Origin: an uncultured Planctomycetales bacterium
GTDB taxonomy: Bacteria > Omnitrophota > Gorgyraeia > Gygaellales > Profunditerraquicolaceae
Direction of reading: 5' to 3'
Length of the DNA: 64,000 nucleotides
Assembly: GCA_964603585.1 (NCBI GenBank)
Contig: CAZRVK010000001.1
Location: 5,327 to 69,326, forward strand
Numbering within the stretch: the first letter of the stretch is position 1; every line of letters begins with the position of its first letter. Shown piece after piece: positions 31,937-42,329 of this stretch. The notes beneath the pieces were generated by a model, which was not told where the DNA came from, did no database searches, and saw nothing but the letters and a program-made list of their open reading frames with translations. The translations under genes and the position numbers were made by a program.

Positions 31937-32488
31937 ATGCAAATGGAAAGCAGATTAAAGATACTATTACTGGCCACAGTTTTCTTATTGTCGGGTTGTG
32001 TCGTAAGGACTTATCAATCGACGCGTGACAGGGTCGATCAGGACCTGGCCGGTAACCGCGGATATTTAAAAGGCCAAATACCCGCTGGCAGCGAGTTAAA
32101 AGAAAGGCCGACTACCAGGTCAACCCAGGTAGTAGAAATCGAACTCCACCCGCTGATCAAATTCGAAAAGAAAAATAAACCCAAAGTGTCTGACCCCGTT
32201 ATCGAACCACCGGTTACCCAGGAACAAAATAAAGGGATAATTTATGAAAATATCCCGGCTATGGATGATGCTAAAGCGGCAATGAACTTTGAAAAATATA
32301 CCGTCCAAAAAGGGGATACCCTTCAGAAGATCTCCGATAAATTTTACGGCACGACTAAAAAATGGCCGAAGATATTTGATGCAAATAAGGATATAGTCAA
32401 AGGACCGAATAAGCTCTACCCCGGGCAGGTGATCAATATCCCGCAAGAAGTAAATGCCTTGCAGGAACCGGCAGAAAACCTTAAGTAA
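31937..32488 (+). CDS. LysM-domain lipoprotein
   Basis: Signal peptide with lipobox LLSGC and a C-terminal LysM (YTVQKGDTLQKISDKFYG). RBS AAAAGGGGGG precedes the ATG at 31937. Confidence 0.6.
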   Translation: MQMESRLKILLLATVFLLSGCVVRTYQSTRDRVDQDLAGNRGYLKGQIPAGSELKERPTTRSTQVVEIELHPLIKFEKKNKPKVSDPVIEPPVTQEQNKGIIYENIPAMDDAKAAMNFEKYTVQKGDTLQKISDKFYGTTKKWPKIFDANKDIVKGPNKLYPGQVINIPQEVNALQEPAENLK

Positions 32489-32510
32489 CCTTTCAAAAAG
32501 GCACCTGGTT

Positions 32511-33467
32511 ATGAACAGCTTGATAAGTATTGAATCCCGGCAGGAAGTACAAGATCTTTTTGGAGCCCAAGATGAGAATCTGAAATTGATCGAAAAAGAG
32601 CTCCGTGTCAAGATCACCCTGCGAAACGAAGAAATAAAGATAAGCGGAACTGCCACCAACATCAAAAAAGCCACCCGGCTGTTAGAATACCTGTTGGCCG
32701 GTATCCGAACAAATTCCGCGACTGTAGAGATAAATGACCTGAACTATTTGATCAAGAACCTTATCCAGAACAAACCGCTCGTAACAGTTCCAAAAAATCT
32801 TTCATCAGGCGTAAAATCATCCAAGGAAAAAACCATTAAACCCAGGTCATTCGGCCAAAACGAATACAGCCTGGCAATAAGTAAATACGACATAGTCTTC
32901 GGTATCGGCCCGGCTGGCACCGGAAAAACCTACCTTGCCATGGCCGCAGCTGTAGAGGCGCTGAATAAAAAAGAGGTGCGCCGGATCATCCTGACCCGCC
33001 CGGCGATCGAGGCAGGGGAATCGCTCGGATTTTTACCGGGGGATATGTATGAAAAAATATCCCCTTACTTACGCCCGCTCTATGACGCCCTTTATGATAT
33101 GATGGATGCCGACCGGATCGAAAAATACCTGGAAACCGGCATAGTCGAGGTTGCGCCGCTGGCATATATGCGGGGCAGGACATTAAATGACGCCTTTATC
33201 ATCCTGGATGAAGCCCAAAATTGTACCGCCGAACAAATGAAAATGTTCCTAACCAGGCTTGGGTTTGATTCTAAGGCAGTGATAACCGGGGACATGACCC
33301 AGAGTGACCTGCCTAACGGCAAGCCTATCGGGCTTTTTCAGGCCAAAGACCTGTTAAGCGGTATCGAAGGCATAAAGTTCATCGAATTGACCGGCGCCGA
33401 TATAGTCAGACATGCTTTGGTACAAAAAATCATTGAGGCATATGATAACGCAAATTCTAAAAAATAA
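32511..33467 (+). CDS. ybeZ: PhoH-like ATPase (PhoH/YbeZ) with N-terminal KH-like region
   Basis: Walker A GPAGTGKTYLA, Walker B IILDEAQN, and a PhoH C-terminal region. Confidence 0.85.
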   Translation: MNSLISIESRQEVQDLFGAQDENLKLIEKELRVKITLRNEEIKISGTATNIKKATRLLEYLLAGIRTNSATVEINDLNYLIKNLIQNKPLVTVPKNLSSGVKSSKEKTIKPRSFGQNEYSLAISKYDIVFGIGPAGTGKTYLAMAAAVEALNKKEVRRIILTRPAIEAGESLGFLPGDMYEKISPYLRPLYDALYDMMDADRIEKYLETGIVEVAPLAYMRGRTLNDAFIILDEAQNCTAEQMKMFLTRLGFDSKAVITGDMTQSDLPNGKPIGLFQAKDLLSGIEGIKFIELTGADIVRHALVQKIIEAYDNANSKK

Positions 33468-34767
33468 AGTAAAACTGATCTTCGGCGCAATACTGCTCTT
33501 TGGCATAAGCTATATCCTTGCGCTTAACCCGATAATACCGCTGTTTTTACTATTGATCAGCATCTATATCCTGGTAACTTATCCGAATCTAAAATCCCAG
33601 CCGTATAATTTCCTTAATTTAACCTTACTGTTTGTGATCTCGTTTACCTTAAGCTACTTTATCCTTAAGCAGGGCTGGCCCTTATTTTACCTGCCTTTTG
33701 GATTGATCCCCATGCTTTCAATCATACTTTTCGATATGCCGGTTATCTCATTATTAATCACCCTTGCATCATCGATCAGCATTGCAGCAATAAACGGAAG
33801 CATCTCCATAGGCATGTTATTCCTGGTCAGCGGGATAGTATCGATCCTTGTCAGCCGTGACTCCCGAAGAAGAGCAGTAATAATAAAGGCCGGGTGTATA
33901 ATCGGATTAATGCAAATGCTGGCGCTTTTATCGATCAACCATTTTAAATTCCAAAACACAAGCAATTATTTGATGTTCCTCGCTAACGGGATAATTTACA
34001 GCATTATTGTCGTCGGGATACTGCCCGTATTCGAATACCTGTTCAAAACTATCACCAATGTCAGCCTTCTGGAGCTTGCGGATTTCAATATCCCTTTGAT
34101 GCAGCGGATGACTATGGAAGCCCCCGGGACCTATCACCACAGCCTGATCGTAGGCAATTTATCCGACGCCGCATGTAAAGCGATCGGGGCGCATGCACTA
34201 TTAGCAAGGATAGGGGCGTATTATCACGACATCGGCAAACTCGCTAAACCGGATTATTTCAGTGAGAACCAGGGGATGGATATAAGTAAACACTCTACCC
34301 TGACGCCGGCAATGAGCAAAATGGTGATCATGAACCATGTAAAGGAAGGGCTGGACCTTGCAAAAAAATATAAACTCAACCCCCGTTTAATTGATTTCAT
34401 ACAACAGCATCATGGCTCAAGCCTGGTTTACTATTTTTACCGACGGGCATTGGAAACACAGGAAAACAACCAGGAAGTAGCCGAAGAAGGCTTCCGCTAC
34501 CCTGGCCCAAAACCCAATACAAAGGAAACTGCCGTAGTCCTTCTGGCGGATTCAGTTGAGGCCGCGGCCCGCACATTAAAAGAGCCTTCACCGGCAAAGA
34601 TAGAAGAATTAGTGCATAAAATAATCAATAATAAATTCATCGACGGACAGCTTGATGAATGTGACCTTACCCTCAAGGACTTAGAGAGAATCGCAGAAGT
34701 ATTCATCCGAATACTTACCGGGATCTACCATGGACGCATCAGTTATCCTGAAACCGAACAACATTAA
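33442..34767 (+). CDS. 7TM receptor with intracellular HD hydrolase domain (YqfF-like, HDIG)
   Basis: Seven predicted TM helices then an HD domain (HSLIVGNL...YYHDIGK). Typical phoH-yqfF-ybeY gene order. The start may instead be 33412. Confidence 0.7.
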   Translation: MITQILKNKVKLIFGAILLFGISYILALNPIIPLFLLLISIYILVTYPNLKSQPYNFLNLTLLFVISFTLSYFILKQGWPLFYLPFGLIPMLSIILFDMPVISLLITLASSISIAAINGSISIGMLFLVSGIVSILVSRDSRRRAVIIKAGCIIGLMQMLALLSINHFKFQNTSNYLMFLANGIIYSIIVVGILPVFEYLFKTITNVSLLELADFNIPLMQRMTMEAPGTYHHSLIVGNLSDAACKAIGAHALLARIGAYYHDIGKLAKPDYFSENQGMDISKHSTLTPAMSKMVIMNHVKEGLDLAKKYKLNPRLIDFIQQHHGSSLVYYFYRRALETQENNQEVAEEGFRYPGPKPNTKETAVVLLADSVEAAARTLKEPSPAKIEELVHKIINNKFIDGQLDECDLTLKDLERIAEVFIRILTGIYHGRISYPETEQH

Positions 34768-35207
34768 TGAAGGTTCTTATTCAAAACCTGCAAAAAAAAT
34801 TTCGATTGACCCCGGTTTTTAAGGTATTGCTTGAGAAAACAGCAATTTCTGCCTTAACTGGAAAAAAAAAGGATCCGCGCAGCCAGATAACGATCTTAAT
34901 TACAAATGACGCTCAAATAAAAGAATTTAATCTGTTATATCATGCAAACCCTGAAGCAACCGATGTACTTACATTCGATCTTTCAGAAAACAAAAGAATG
35001 CTTTCCGCCGATATTATTATCTCTGCCGAGACTGCAAAAAATAATGCCAAGGCATATAAAACTACCACGGATTTTGAAATAATGCTTTATGCCGCGCATG
35101 GTATTTTACACCTTTTAGGACATAATGACGATACAGCCAGGAAACGCCAAAGGATGAACCAGGAAGCAGAGGAGATAGTACAGAAAATACTTTTAGCTCA
35201 TAGCTGA
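34767..35207 (+). CDS. ybeY: rRNA maturation RNase YbeY
   Basis: Zinc-binding motif HGILHLLGHND. The final four codons and the stop lie inside repeat copy B. Confidence 0.85.
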   Translation: MKVLIQNLQKKFRLTPVFKVLLEKTAISALTGKKKDPRSQITILITNDAQIKEFNLLYHANPEATDVLTFDLSENKRMLSADIIISAETAKNNAKAYKTTTDFEIMLYAAHGILHLLGHNDDTARKRQRMNQEAEEIVQKILLAHS

Positions 35208-35277
35208 TAGCTCATGGTAAAAACTACGAACAATATCCAATGAGCCATGAGCAATGAGCCAAGAGCCATGAGCCAAC
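35194..35277. repeat. ATGAGCC/GGCTCAT heptamer hairpin repeat element, copy B (short form)
   Basis: TAGCTCATAGCTGATAGCTCATGGTAAAAAC ... ATGAGCCATGAGCAATGAGCCAAGAGCCATGAGCCAAC. It abuts the recO start codon. Confidence 0.8.
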
Positions 35278-36051
35278 ATGCCTATACATAAAACTGAAGC
35301 CATCGTATTAAATAAGCGCGATTTCCGTGAAACATCATTGATCGTAAATTTCTACACCCGGGATTTCGGTAAACTGACCGGGTTGCTAAAAGGAATCCGC
35401 AAGGACCCCAGGAAATTCGCCAGCACCCTGGAGCCATTTTCACATAACGAAATAGTTTTCTATCAAAGCCGGCATTCCACACTGCACCTTGTTTCACAAT
35501 GCGATATAAAGAATAATTTCAATAATGCCCGCGCAGAAATTTCTAAAGTAGGCGCCGGAAGCCTCGTTGCGGAACTGCTGCATTCACTTATGCCGGCAGA
35601 GGACAAAAATGAGGAAATCTTCAATCTAGCCCTTACGGCACTAAAGGAACTGGAAATAAATTATAACCCGGACAAAATAACGACGATTTTTAAGATTAAA
35701 ATGCTGGCACTTTCCGGATTCAAGCCTAATTTTGATTCCTGTGTATCCTGCGGATCACGGCTTTTAGGGCAATCTAAATTCTCCCTTTCCCTGGGAGGCC
35801 TGCTTTGTTCCGCCTGCCATGAGAAAGATTTTAAGGCCCGGGCGATCTTTCGCGGGACAACCGCGTCGATCTTACATATTCAAAAAAATGATTTTAAGAA
35901 TACCCTGAATTTGGGGATGAACCCGGTAATCAAAAGGGAAATGGAGCTGTTACTGAACGCTTTTCTTAACTTTCATATGGAAAGAGAATTAAAGTCGCAA
36001 AAGGTGATCAATAAACTTAATGCTGCCTTCGTAACAGAAGGGAGGGGGTAA
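35278..36051 (+). CDS. recO: DNA repair protein RecO
   Basis: N-terminal OB fold (AIVLNKRDFRETSLIVNFYT) and a C-terminal zinc-finger C..C...C..C. Confidence 0.8.
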   Translation: MPIHKTEAIVLNKRDFRETSLIVNFYTRDFGKLTGLLKGIRKDPRKFASTLEPFSHNEIVFYQSRHSTLHLVSQCDIKNNFNNARAEISKVGAGSLVAELLHSLMPAEDKNEEIFNLALTALKELEINYNPDKITTIFKIKMLALSGFKPNFDSCVSCGSRLLGQSKFSLSLGGLLCSACHEKDFKARAIFRGTTASILHIQKNDFKNTLNLGMNPVIKREMELLLNAFLNFHMERELKSQKVINKLNAAFVTEGRG

Positions 36052-37011
36052 ATGAAAATAGTGATCGTCGGGCCCGGAGCAATGGGATGCCTGCTTGGTG
36101 CGGCTATTTCCAGGTCCCTGACTCCTGGAAAACAGGATAAGGATGAAGTTTGGCTTTTAGATAAGAACAAACCCCGTGCAGAAAAGATAACCCGTAACGG
36201 GATCAGTGTTGAAACCGGATCCGGCAAATGGCTTGCAAAGGTTAATGCCACAACCGCGCCAAAAGAGATCGGACAAGCCGATCTGCTGATAATTACAACT
36301 AAATCATATGATACAAAATCCGCTATTTCGCTGGCTAATCCGGTGATTACCGATGAAACTTATGTGTTAACCCTGCAAAATGGCATCGGCAACATCGAGA
36401 TTATCTCCGAGGTCACCGGAAATGACAGGGTGATCGCAGGCACTACCAGTATCGGCGTTACCCTCTTAGATACCGCCTGCATCAGGTATGCCGGACAAGG
36501 AGAGACGATAATCGGGAAATTAGACGGGACAACCCCGGTAATCTTGCGTTCGATCCGCGAGATATTCAACCGGGCAAAACTGGAAACAAAGATCTCCCGC
36601 GATATCAAAAGTATTTTGTGGAGCAAACTGATCATCAATTGCGGAATCAACGCACTTTCTGCTGTCACAAGGCTAAAAAACGGGCATTTGATCGAATTCG
36701 AAGGCACACGCCGGCTTTTACGCCAGGCAGTCACCGAAGCTATCAAGGTCGCGAAAAGAAAAAGGATAAAATTGATCTATGACGACCCTTTAGCTAAAGT
36801 AGAATCGGTATGCGAAGCTACCGCATCCAATGTATCCTCGATGCTCCAGGATACCCTGCGTAAAAAACGCACGGAAATAGATTTCATTAACGGCGTGATC
36901 CTGCGCCACGGTCAGGAGCTGGGGATACCCGTTTTGGTAAACAGTATGCTGGTGGACCTGGTAAAAACCATTGAAGCCAGCTATGATTTAACGGCACAAA
37001 CGATAAATTAA
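36052..37011 (+). CDS. panE: 2-dehydropantoate 2-reductase
   Basis: Rossmann motif IVIVGPGAMG and an ApbA C-terminal domain. Confidence 0.75.
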   Translation: MKIVIVGPGAMGCLLGAAISRSLTPGKQDKDEVWLLDKNKPRAEKITRNGISVETGSGKWLAKVNATTAPKEIGQADLLIITTKSYDTKSAISLANPVITDETYVLTLQNGIGNIEIISEVTGNDRVIAGTTSIGVTLLDTACIRYAGQGETIIGKLDGTTPVILRSIREIFNRAKLETKISRDIKSILWSKLIINCGINALSAVTRLKNGHLIEFEGTRRLLRQAVTEAIKVAKRKRIKLIYDDPLAKVESVCEATASNVSSMLQDTLRKKRTEIDFINGVILRHGQELGIPVLVNSMLVDLVKTIEASYDLTAQTIN

Positions 37012-37880
37012 TGCTGTCCACCAGATCAAAACAAATCATATCCCTGATTTGTATTACCGCAGGAATAACCGCCTTGACCGCTTTTTTTGTACCTGCGCAA
37101 TATAACCCTTTTAGATTCTTCCTGCAAAATCCTGTGGCAAAAGCCATATTCCACCATAGGGCAAGCCAGCAAAATACTGCCGATGGAATAAATGAAGCGT
37201 TTATGCAACTGAAAAAACGTAAAGACAATGACGCGTTAAAGATATTCGAACGGATCCTCTCCAAACATCCGGATAACCTTGATGCCCTCTGGGGCAAAGC
37301 AGAGGTCTTAAGGAGAAATTACGATTTAGAAGGAGCGAAATCCGTCCTTGAGAATATCCTGAAAAATAATCCCGGGCATATTCCTTCCCGGATATCATTA
37401 AGCTACTTAGTCTATAATGACAATGACCTGGAGCTTGCACAAAGGATAATCGACGCGGTACTGAAAGAAAAAGATATCGACCGACAAAACCAGGCCTTGG
37501 CTTATATCATGCTGGGTATGATCAGCAGTAAACGCGCATCTGGAAGGTGGCTGCTGGAAAAGATCAAGTCCGGGATACAAATAAGGAATTATTTCTTAAT
37601 GGCCAACGACCTTGCCCCGGACCTGCCGGAGGCACACCTGGGACTCGGGACATTCTATTTATTAGCCCCTCCAGTCTTGGGAGGAAACAATAAAAAAGCC
37701 ATCGAAGAACTGGAATTAACCGTAACCCTTGCCCCGGAATTCGCCAGCGCCAATATCCGCTTGGCTCAAGCATACAAAAAATCAGGGGCGAATGAAAAAT
37801 ATAATTTCTATATTGCCCGGGCACGGGAAATAGATCCAAATAACGAGTTCCTGAAAGACCTGGGAAATATCAAATATTGA
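37011..37880 (+). CDS. TPR-repeat protein with N-terminal signal/TM
   Basis: Several TPR-like 34-aa repeats (ALKIFERILSKHPDNLDALWGKAEVL etc.). Confidence 0.6.
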   Translation: MLSTRSKQIISLICITAGITALTAFFVPAQYNPFRFFLQNPVAKAIFHHRASQQNTADGINEAFMQLKKRKDNDALKIFERILSKHPDNLDALWGKAEVLRRNYDLEGAKSVLENILKNNPGHIPSRISLSYLVYNDNDLELAQRIIDAVLKEKDIDRQNQALAYIMLGMISSKRASGRWLLEKIKSGIQIRNYFLMANDLAPDLPEAHLGLGTFYLLAPPVLGGNNKKAIEELELTVTLAPEFASANIRLAQAYKKSGANEKYNFYIARAREIDPNNEFLKDLGNIKY

Positions 37881-37920
37881 GATCTATCCTGTTTTTTAAG
37901 CAAAAACTAAACCTCGCCGA

Positions 37921-38907
37921 ATGTATAAAATCTTAGCTATTACCTCTAAATTGTTTATCCTCTGCCTGCTCTTGGCAGGATGCCACAACAACCGCCTCTA
38001 CCGGGACACCCAACTACTGATGGGTACTTTTGTCGAAGTGATCTCCCCCGAAGAGGCTGCCAGTCAAATCGTATTCTTTGAAATGAAACGGATAGAGCAG
38101 ATCCTAAGCAAATATATCCCGGATAGCGAAATATCACGATTAAATCAAACAGGAAAGCTTCAGGTAAGTGCGGACACATATTATATTATCAAAAAAGCTA
38201 AGGAGTTTTCAGCCGCCAGTTTTGGGGCATTCGACATTACAGTTGCGCCTTTAGTGGACCTTTGGGGTTTTACCAAAAAAGAGTATTCCCTGCCCGCCGC
38301 AAACCTTATCAATAAAGCAAAGATGCTGGTAGGTTATGATAAAATTGTTTTGAATGACAACAATAATATGGTAGAATTTATAATTCCAGGAATGCATTTG
38401 GATCTGGGCGCAATCGCTAAAGGTTATGCCATTGATCTGGCGATAAGAAAGCTTCAGGAATCGGGAATAAAAAATTGTCTGATAAACGCCGGAGGGCAAA
38501 TCTATTCCCTGGGTGATAAATTCGGCAAACCATGGGAAATAGCGCTTCGCAACCCGCGCGACAAAAAAATATTCCGCCATCTAAGGCTTAAAAACCAATC
38601 GGCCTCTACAAGCGGTGATTATGAGCAGTATTTTACCGCCGGAAATAAACGCTATTCTCATATTATCGATCCCAGAACCGGCCGTCCGGCGCACTCCGGC
38701 ATTATTTCTGTGACGGTAATTGCCCAGGAAGGTTTGACCGCGGATGCGCTTTCAACTGCGATATTCGTATTGGGAAAGGATGAGGGAAAACGCCTCCTAA
38801 AACAGTTCCCGGGGACACGTGCAATTATAATTGAAGAGGATAAAATAAACCCTGAAAAACCGTTATTGATCGAGTATATAACTGAAAGGCCTTTCCAGGC
38901 CGAATAA
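37921..38907 (+). CDS. apbE: FAD:protein FMN transferase (ApbE family lipoprotein)
   Basis: Lipobox LLAGC and ApbE motifs (GAFDITVAPL, DLGAIAKGYA, SGDYEQ). Confidence 0.8.
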   Translation: MYKILAITSKLFILCLLLAGCHNNRLYRDTQLLMGTFVEVISPEEAASQIVFFEMKRIEQILSKYIPDSEISRLNQTGKLQVSADTYYIIKKAKEFSAASFGAFDITVAPLVDLWGFTKKEYSLPAANLINKAKMLVGYDKIVLNDNNNMVEFIIPGMHLDLGAIAKGYAIDLAIRKLQESGIKNCLINAGGQIYSLGDKFGKPWEIALRNPRDKKIFRHLRLKNQSASTSGDYEQYFTAGNKRYSHIIDPRTGRPAHSGIISVTVIAQEGLTADALSTAIFVLGKDEGKRLLKQFPGTRAIIIEEDKINPEKPLLIEYITERPFQAE

Positions 38908-38912
38908 CACCA

Positions 38913-40235
38913 ATGGTTACCTTAAATAAAACTACCCCGATATTCATTTATTTTTCTCAACTCATGGATAAACCGGTCGTTGACAAAAATAATTCCCTCC
39001 TGGGAGAGGTTTATGATATTATCGTTAGGCCTGGCGAAGTCTATCCCAGGTCTTCGCATCTGATCCTCCGCAAAGGTTTTATAAACCGCAAATATGCGAT
39101 GATCCCATGGAAGGATATTGCCGAGATCGAGGAAAAAGAGATCCAGTTAAACCTCGATAAACAATCCCTTAACTTCGAGCAGAAACATGATAAGAAGGAA
39201 GAGCTTACCTTAAGGCGCGATATCTTAGACCAGCAGGTAGTAGATATCCAGGACCATAAAGTGATCCGGATAAATGATATTCATCTGCTTTTCGTAGACA
39301 ATGCGCTGATGATCGCCCATGTCGATATCAGTTCCCGGGGGCTTCTGCGCCGGTTAGGTTTCGAGGATGCGGTCCTTTGGGCGATCAGGCTGGTGAATAA
39401 AAACACGCGTTACCTGAAAAAAGAACACCTGATCAGCTGGAAGCACATCCAGCCGCTTTCAATAAATCCTGCCAGCATGACGATAAAAATAGATGTCCCG
39501 CAGAAGCAGCTAACTAACATACCTGCCGCTGACCTGGGGGAGATATTCCTTGACCTGGATATCCAGCATAAAATAGCCTTATTCAAATCGCTTGACCTTG
39601 TATCAAAAGCCAGGATATTCGTTAACATAGATTTCAAGAGCCAAAAATCGTTGATCGAAGAACTGCATTCAAAGGACATTTCCGATATTTTAAGCGCTAT
39701 CCCTCCGGATGAAGCAACCGACTTCCTGGAAAAGCTTCCTAAGGATATGATCCATAAACTCTTGAGCCTTATTGAGAACAAAAAATCGAAGAAATTGTCC
39801 CAGCTACTCGGATACGCCAGTGATACCGCAGGAGGACTGATGACCACAGAATTCCTTTCTTTTACAAAAGACACCTCGGTTGAATCGGCTCTATCCCAAA
39901 TAAAAGAGAGGGCCTTTAAGGTTGAACCCGTACAATTGGTATACCTGGTAGATGAGACTAACCATCTTGTCGGCGCAACCAGCTTCCGCATGCTTTTGAT
40001 CGCTAACCCGGCAGAACCAATCCAAAAAGCAGCGTTGCCAAAAACCTATTTTGTTCATTTAAACAGTTCAGTAAAGGAAGTTGCCTATTTAATGGAAAAA
40101 TACAAATATTACGCCATTCCGGTAGTAGATGATAACCATATCCTGCAAGGGATCATTACTGTGGACGATATCCTTAGTCAGGTGATCGCTATTGCCTGGC
40201 GACGCCTTACAAAAATCAAAGTACAGCCTAAATAA
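38913..40235 (+). CDS. soluble PRC-barrel / MgtE N-terminal domain / CBS-pair protein (no transmembrane region)
   Basis: Two PRC-barrel-like segments, a MgtE_N-like helical region (DISDILSAIPPDEATDFLEKLPKDMIHKLLSL), then two CBS motifs. Confidence 0.6.
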   Translation: MVTLNKTTPIFIYFSQLMDKPVVDKNNSLLGEVYDIIVRPGEVYPRSSHLILRKGFINRKYAMIPWKDIAEIEEKEIQLNLDKQSLNFEQKHDKKEELTLRRDILDQQVVDIQDHKVIRINDIHLLFVDNALMIAHVDISSRGLLRRLGFEDAVLWAIRLVNKNTRYLKKEHLISWKHIQPLSINPASMTIKIDVPQKQLTNIPAADLGEIFLDLDIQHKIALFKSLDLVSKARIFVNIDFKSQKSLIEELHSKDISDILSAIPPDEATDFLEKLPKDMIHKLLSLIENKKSKKLSQLLGYASDTAGGLMTTEFLSFTKDTSVESALSQIKERAFKVEPVQLVYLVDETNHLVGATSFRMLLIANPAEPIQKAALPKTYFVHLNSSVKEVAYLMEKYKYYAIPVVDDNHILQGIITVDDILSQVIAIAWRRLTKIKVQPK

Positions 40236-40238
40236 AAA

Positions 40239-41474
40239 ATGAGACTTAAGAATTTCTGGACAAAGATCATTATTTTCCTTTCCATCATGGGGCCGGGGAT
40301 CATTACAGCTAATGTTGATAACGATGCCGGAGGGATTACCACCTATTCGGTCGCCGGGGCACACTTCGGATACTCATTGATCTGGACCTTTATCCCGATC
40401 ATCATCGCCCTGGTGATCATTCAGGAAATGTGCAGTCGCATGGCTGTCGTCACCGGCAAAGGCCTGGCGGACCTGATAAGAGAGGAGTTCGGGGTAAAGG
40501 TTACCTTTTATGCCATGGTAACTCTGGTGTTCTCGAATATATTTAATACCATTTCTGAATTTGCCGGGATTGCCGCCAGCGCAGAATTGTTCGGAATAAG
40601 CAAATACATTTTAGTCCCGGTATGCGCTTTTTTTGTCTGGTGGCTTATTGTTAAAGGTACGTATAAATCGGTAGAGAAAATCTTTATGTTTGCCTGCCTT
40701 TTTTATGTTTCCTATATTATTTCCGGATTTATTTCAAAGCCGGACTGGGAGGAAGTCGCCTCAAGCTCAATCAATCCGACGTTTCACTTGGATAAAACAT
40801 ATATTTTCATGTTAATCGGCGTGATCGGGACAACCATTGCTCCCTGGATGCAATTTTACCAGCAATCCTCCGTGGTAGAAAAAGGCATAAAACTACGGGA
40901 TTATAAATACAGCCGCCTGGATGTGATAATCGGAGCGTTTGTGGTAAACATTGTAGCTATCTTTATTATAATCGTATGCGCAAACACCTTGTTTAAGAAC
41001 GGGATAAGGATAGAATCCGCCAAAGACGCGGCCCTGGCGCTAAAACCTCTGGCCGGCCAGAATTGCTTTTATCTTTTTGCCTTCGGGCTCTTGAATGCCT
41101 CGGTATTTTCTGCCTGCATCCTGCCGCTATCAACCGCATATTCGGTTTGTGAAGGAATGGGGTGGGAAGTCGGAGTAAACCGCAGGTTCCGGGAAGCACC
41201 CCAGTTTTATTCGCTCTATACGGCAATCATCGTGATCGGCGCGGCAATAATACTCCTGCCGAACGTACAATTGGTTCCGATCATGCTGGTTTCCCAGGCC
41301 ACAAACGGTATTTTATTGCCCTTCGTGCTTATTTTTATGCTCTTGTTGGTAAATAACAAACGCCTGATGGGAGAACACACAAATTCAAGGTTTTATAATA
41401 TCATTACTATACTGATAGTAGCAATAATGATCGTGCTTTCAATCACCCTGATATTCACCACTTTTATGACATAG
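40239..41474 (+). CDS. mntH: NRAMP family divalent metal cation transporter
   Basis: GPGIITANVDNDAGGITTYSVAGAHFGYSLIW and about 11 TM helices. Confidence 0.8.
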   Translation: MRLKNFWTKIIIFLSIMGPGIITANVDNDAGGITTYSVAGAHFGYSLIWTFIPIIIALVIIQEMCSRMAVVTGKGLADLIREEFGVKVTFYAMVTLVFSNIFNTISEFAGIAASAELFGISKYILVPVCAFFVWWLIVKGTYKSVEKIFMFACLFYVSYIISGFISKPDWEEVASSSINPTFHLDKTYIFMLIGVIGTTIAPWMQFYQQSSVVEKGIKLRDYKYSRLDVIIGAFVVNIVAIFIIIVCANTLFKNGIRIESAKDAALALKPLAGQNCFYLFAFGLLNASVFSACILPLSTAYSVCEGMGWEVGVNRRFREAPQFYSLYTAIIVIGAAIILLPNVQLVPIMLVSQATNGILLPFVLIFMLLLVNNKRLMGEHTNSRFYNIITILIVAIMIVLSITLIFTTFMT

Positions 41475-42329
41475 ATGGAAAATACACGATTGACAGTCTC
41501 TGAAATCATAACGCTCAAGCACGCGCGTAAACTTACCATGCTTACTGCCTATGATTACCCGCTCGCAAAACTGATAGACAATGCAGGGATTGATATCATT
41601 TTAATCGGGGATTCCCTGGCGAATGTGGTTTTAGGTCTGGAATCGACCAAAGATGTCGGAATGAGCGAAATGATCCATCATGCCAAAGCAGTCGCTCGAG
41701 CAGTCAAACATGCCCTGCTGATAGCCGATATGCCTTATAATGCTTATCAAACCAACCCCCATGAGGCTCTGAATAATGCCCAGCGTTTTATAAAGGAAGC
41801 GGATTGTAACGCGGTAAAATTAGAGTGGTTTGACCAATGCATAGAGGTCAGCCGGCAGATTATCAGTGCCGGGATCCCGGTGATGGGGCATATCGGGCTT
41901 ACTCCGCAAACCGCGGATAAAATCGGCGGGTTCAAAGTACAGGGCAAAAGCGCAAAGGATGCAAAACGCCTGATCGAACAGGCAAGATCCCTTGAGCAGA
42001 TAGGATGTTTTTCTATTTTGCTGGAGTGTGTTCCAGACAAGATCGCCGAAATGATCACCCTGCAATCAAAAATACCTGTTATCGGCATAGGCGCGGGCAG
42101 TTACTGCAACGGGCAAGTTTTAGTGATCCATGACGTACTGGGCCTTTTTGACCGCTATAAACCAAAGTTTGTAAAACAATATATCAATCTTTCGGAAATA
42201 ATACACAATGCCGTTTGCCAATATAAGCACGAGGTTATTTCCGGGACATTCCCGGATAAAGAGCACAGTTTTACAATAAAGGATGAGGAACTGGATAAAT
42301 TACGAAATGAAGAAAAAGGCGATCATTAA
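41475..42329 (+). CDS. panB: 3-methyl-2-oxobutanoate hydroxymethyltransferase
   Basis: KLTMLTAYDYPLAKL, GDSLANVVLG, KLEWF..., GHIGLTPQ. Confidence 0.9.
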   Translation: MENTRLTVSEIITLKHARKLTMLTAYDYPLAKLIDNAGIDIILIGDSLANVVLGLESTKDVGMSEMIHHAKAVARAVKHALLIADMPYNAYQTNPHEALNNAQRFIKEADCNAVKLEWFDQCIEVSRQIISAGIPVMGHIGLTPQTADKIGGFKVQGKSAKDAKRLIEQARSLEQIGCFSILLECVPDKIAEMITLQSKIPVIGIGAGSYCNGQVLVIHDVLGLFDRYKPKFVKQYINLSEIIHNAVCQYKHEVISGTFPDKEHSFTIKDEELDKLRNEEKGDH

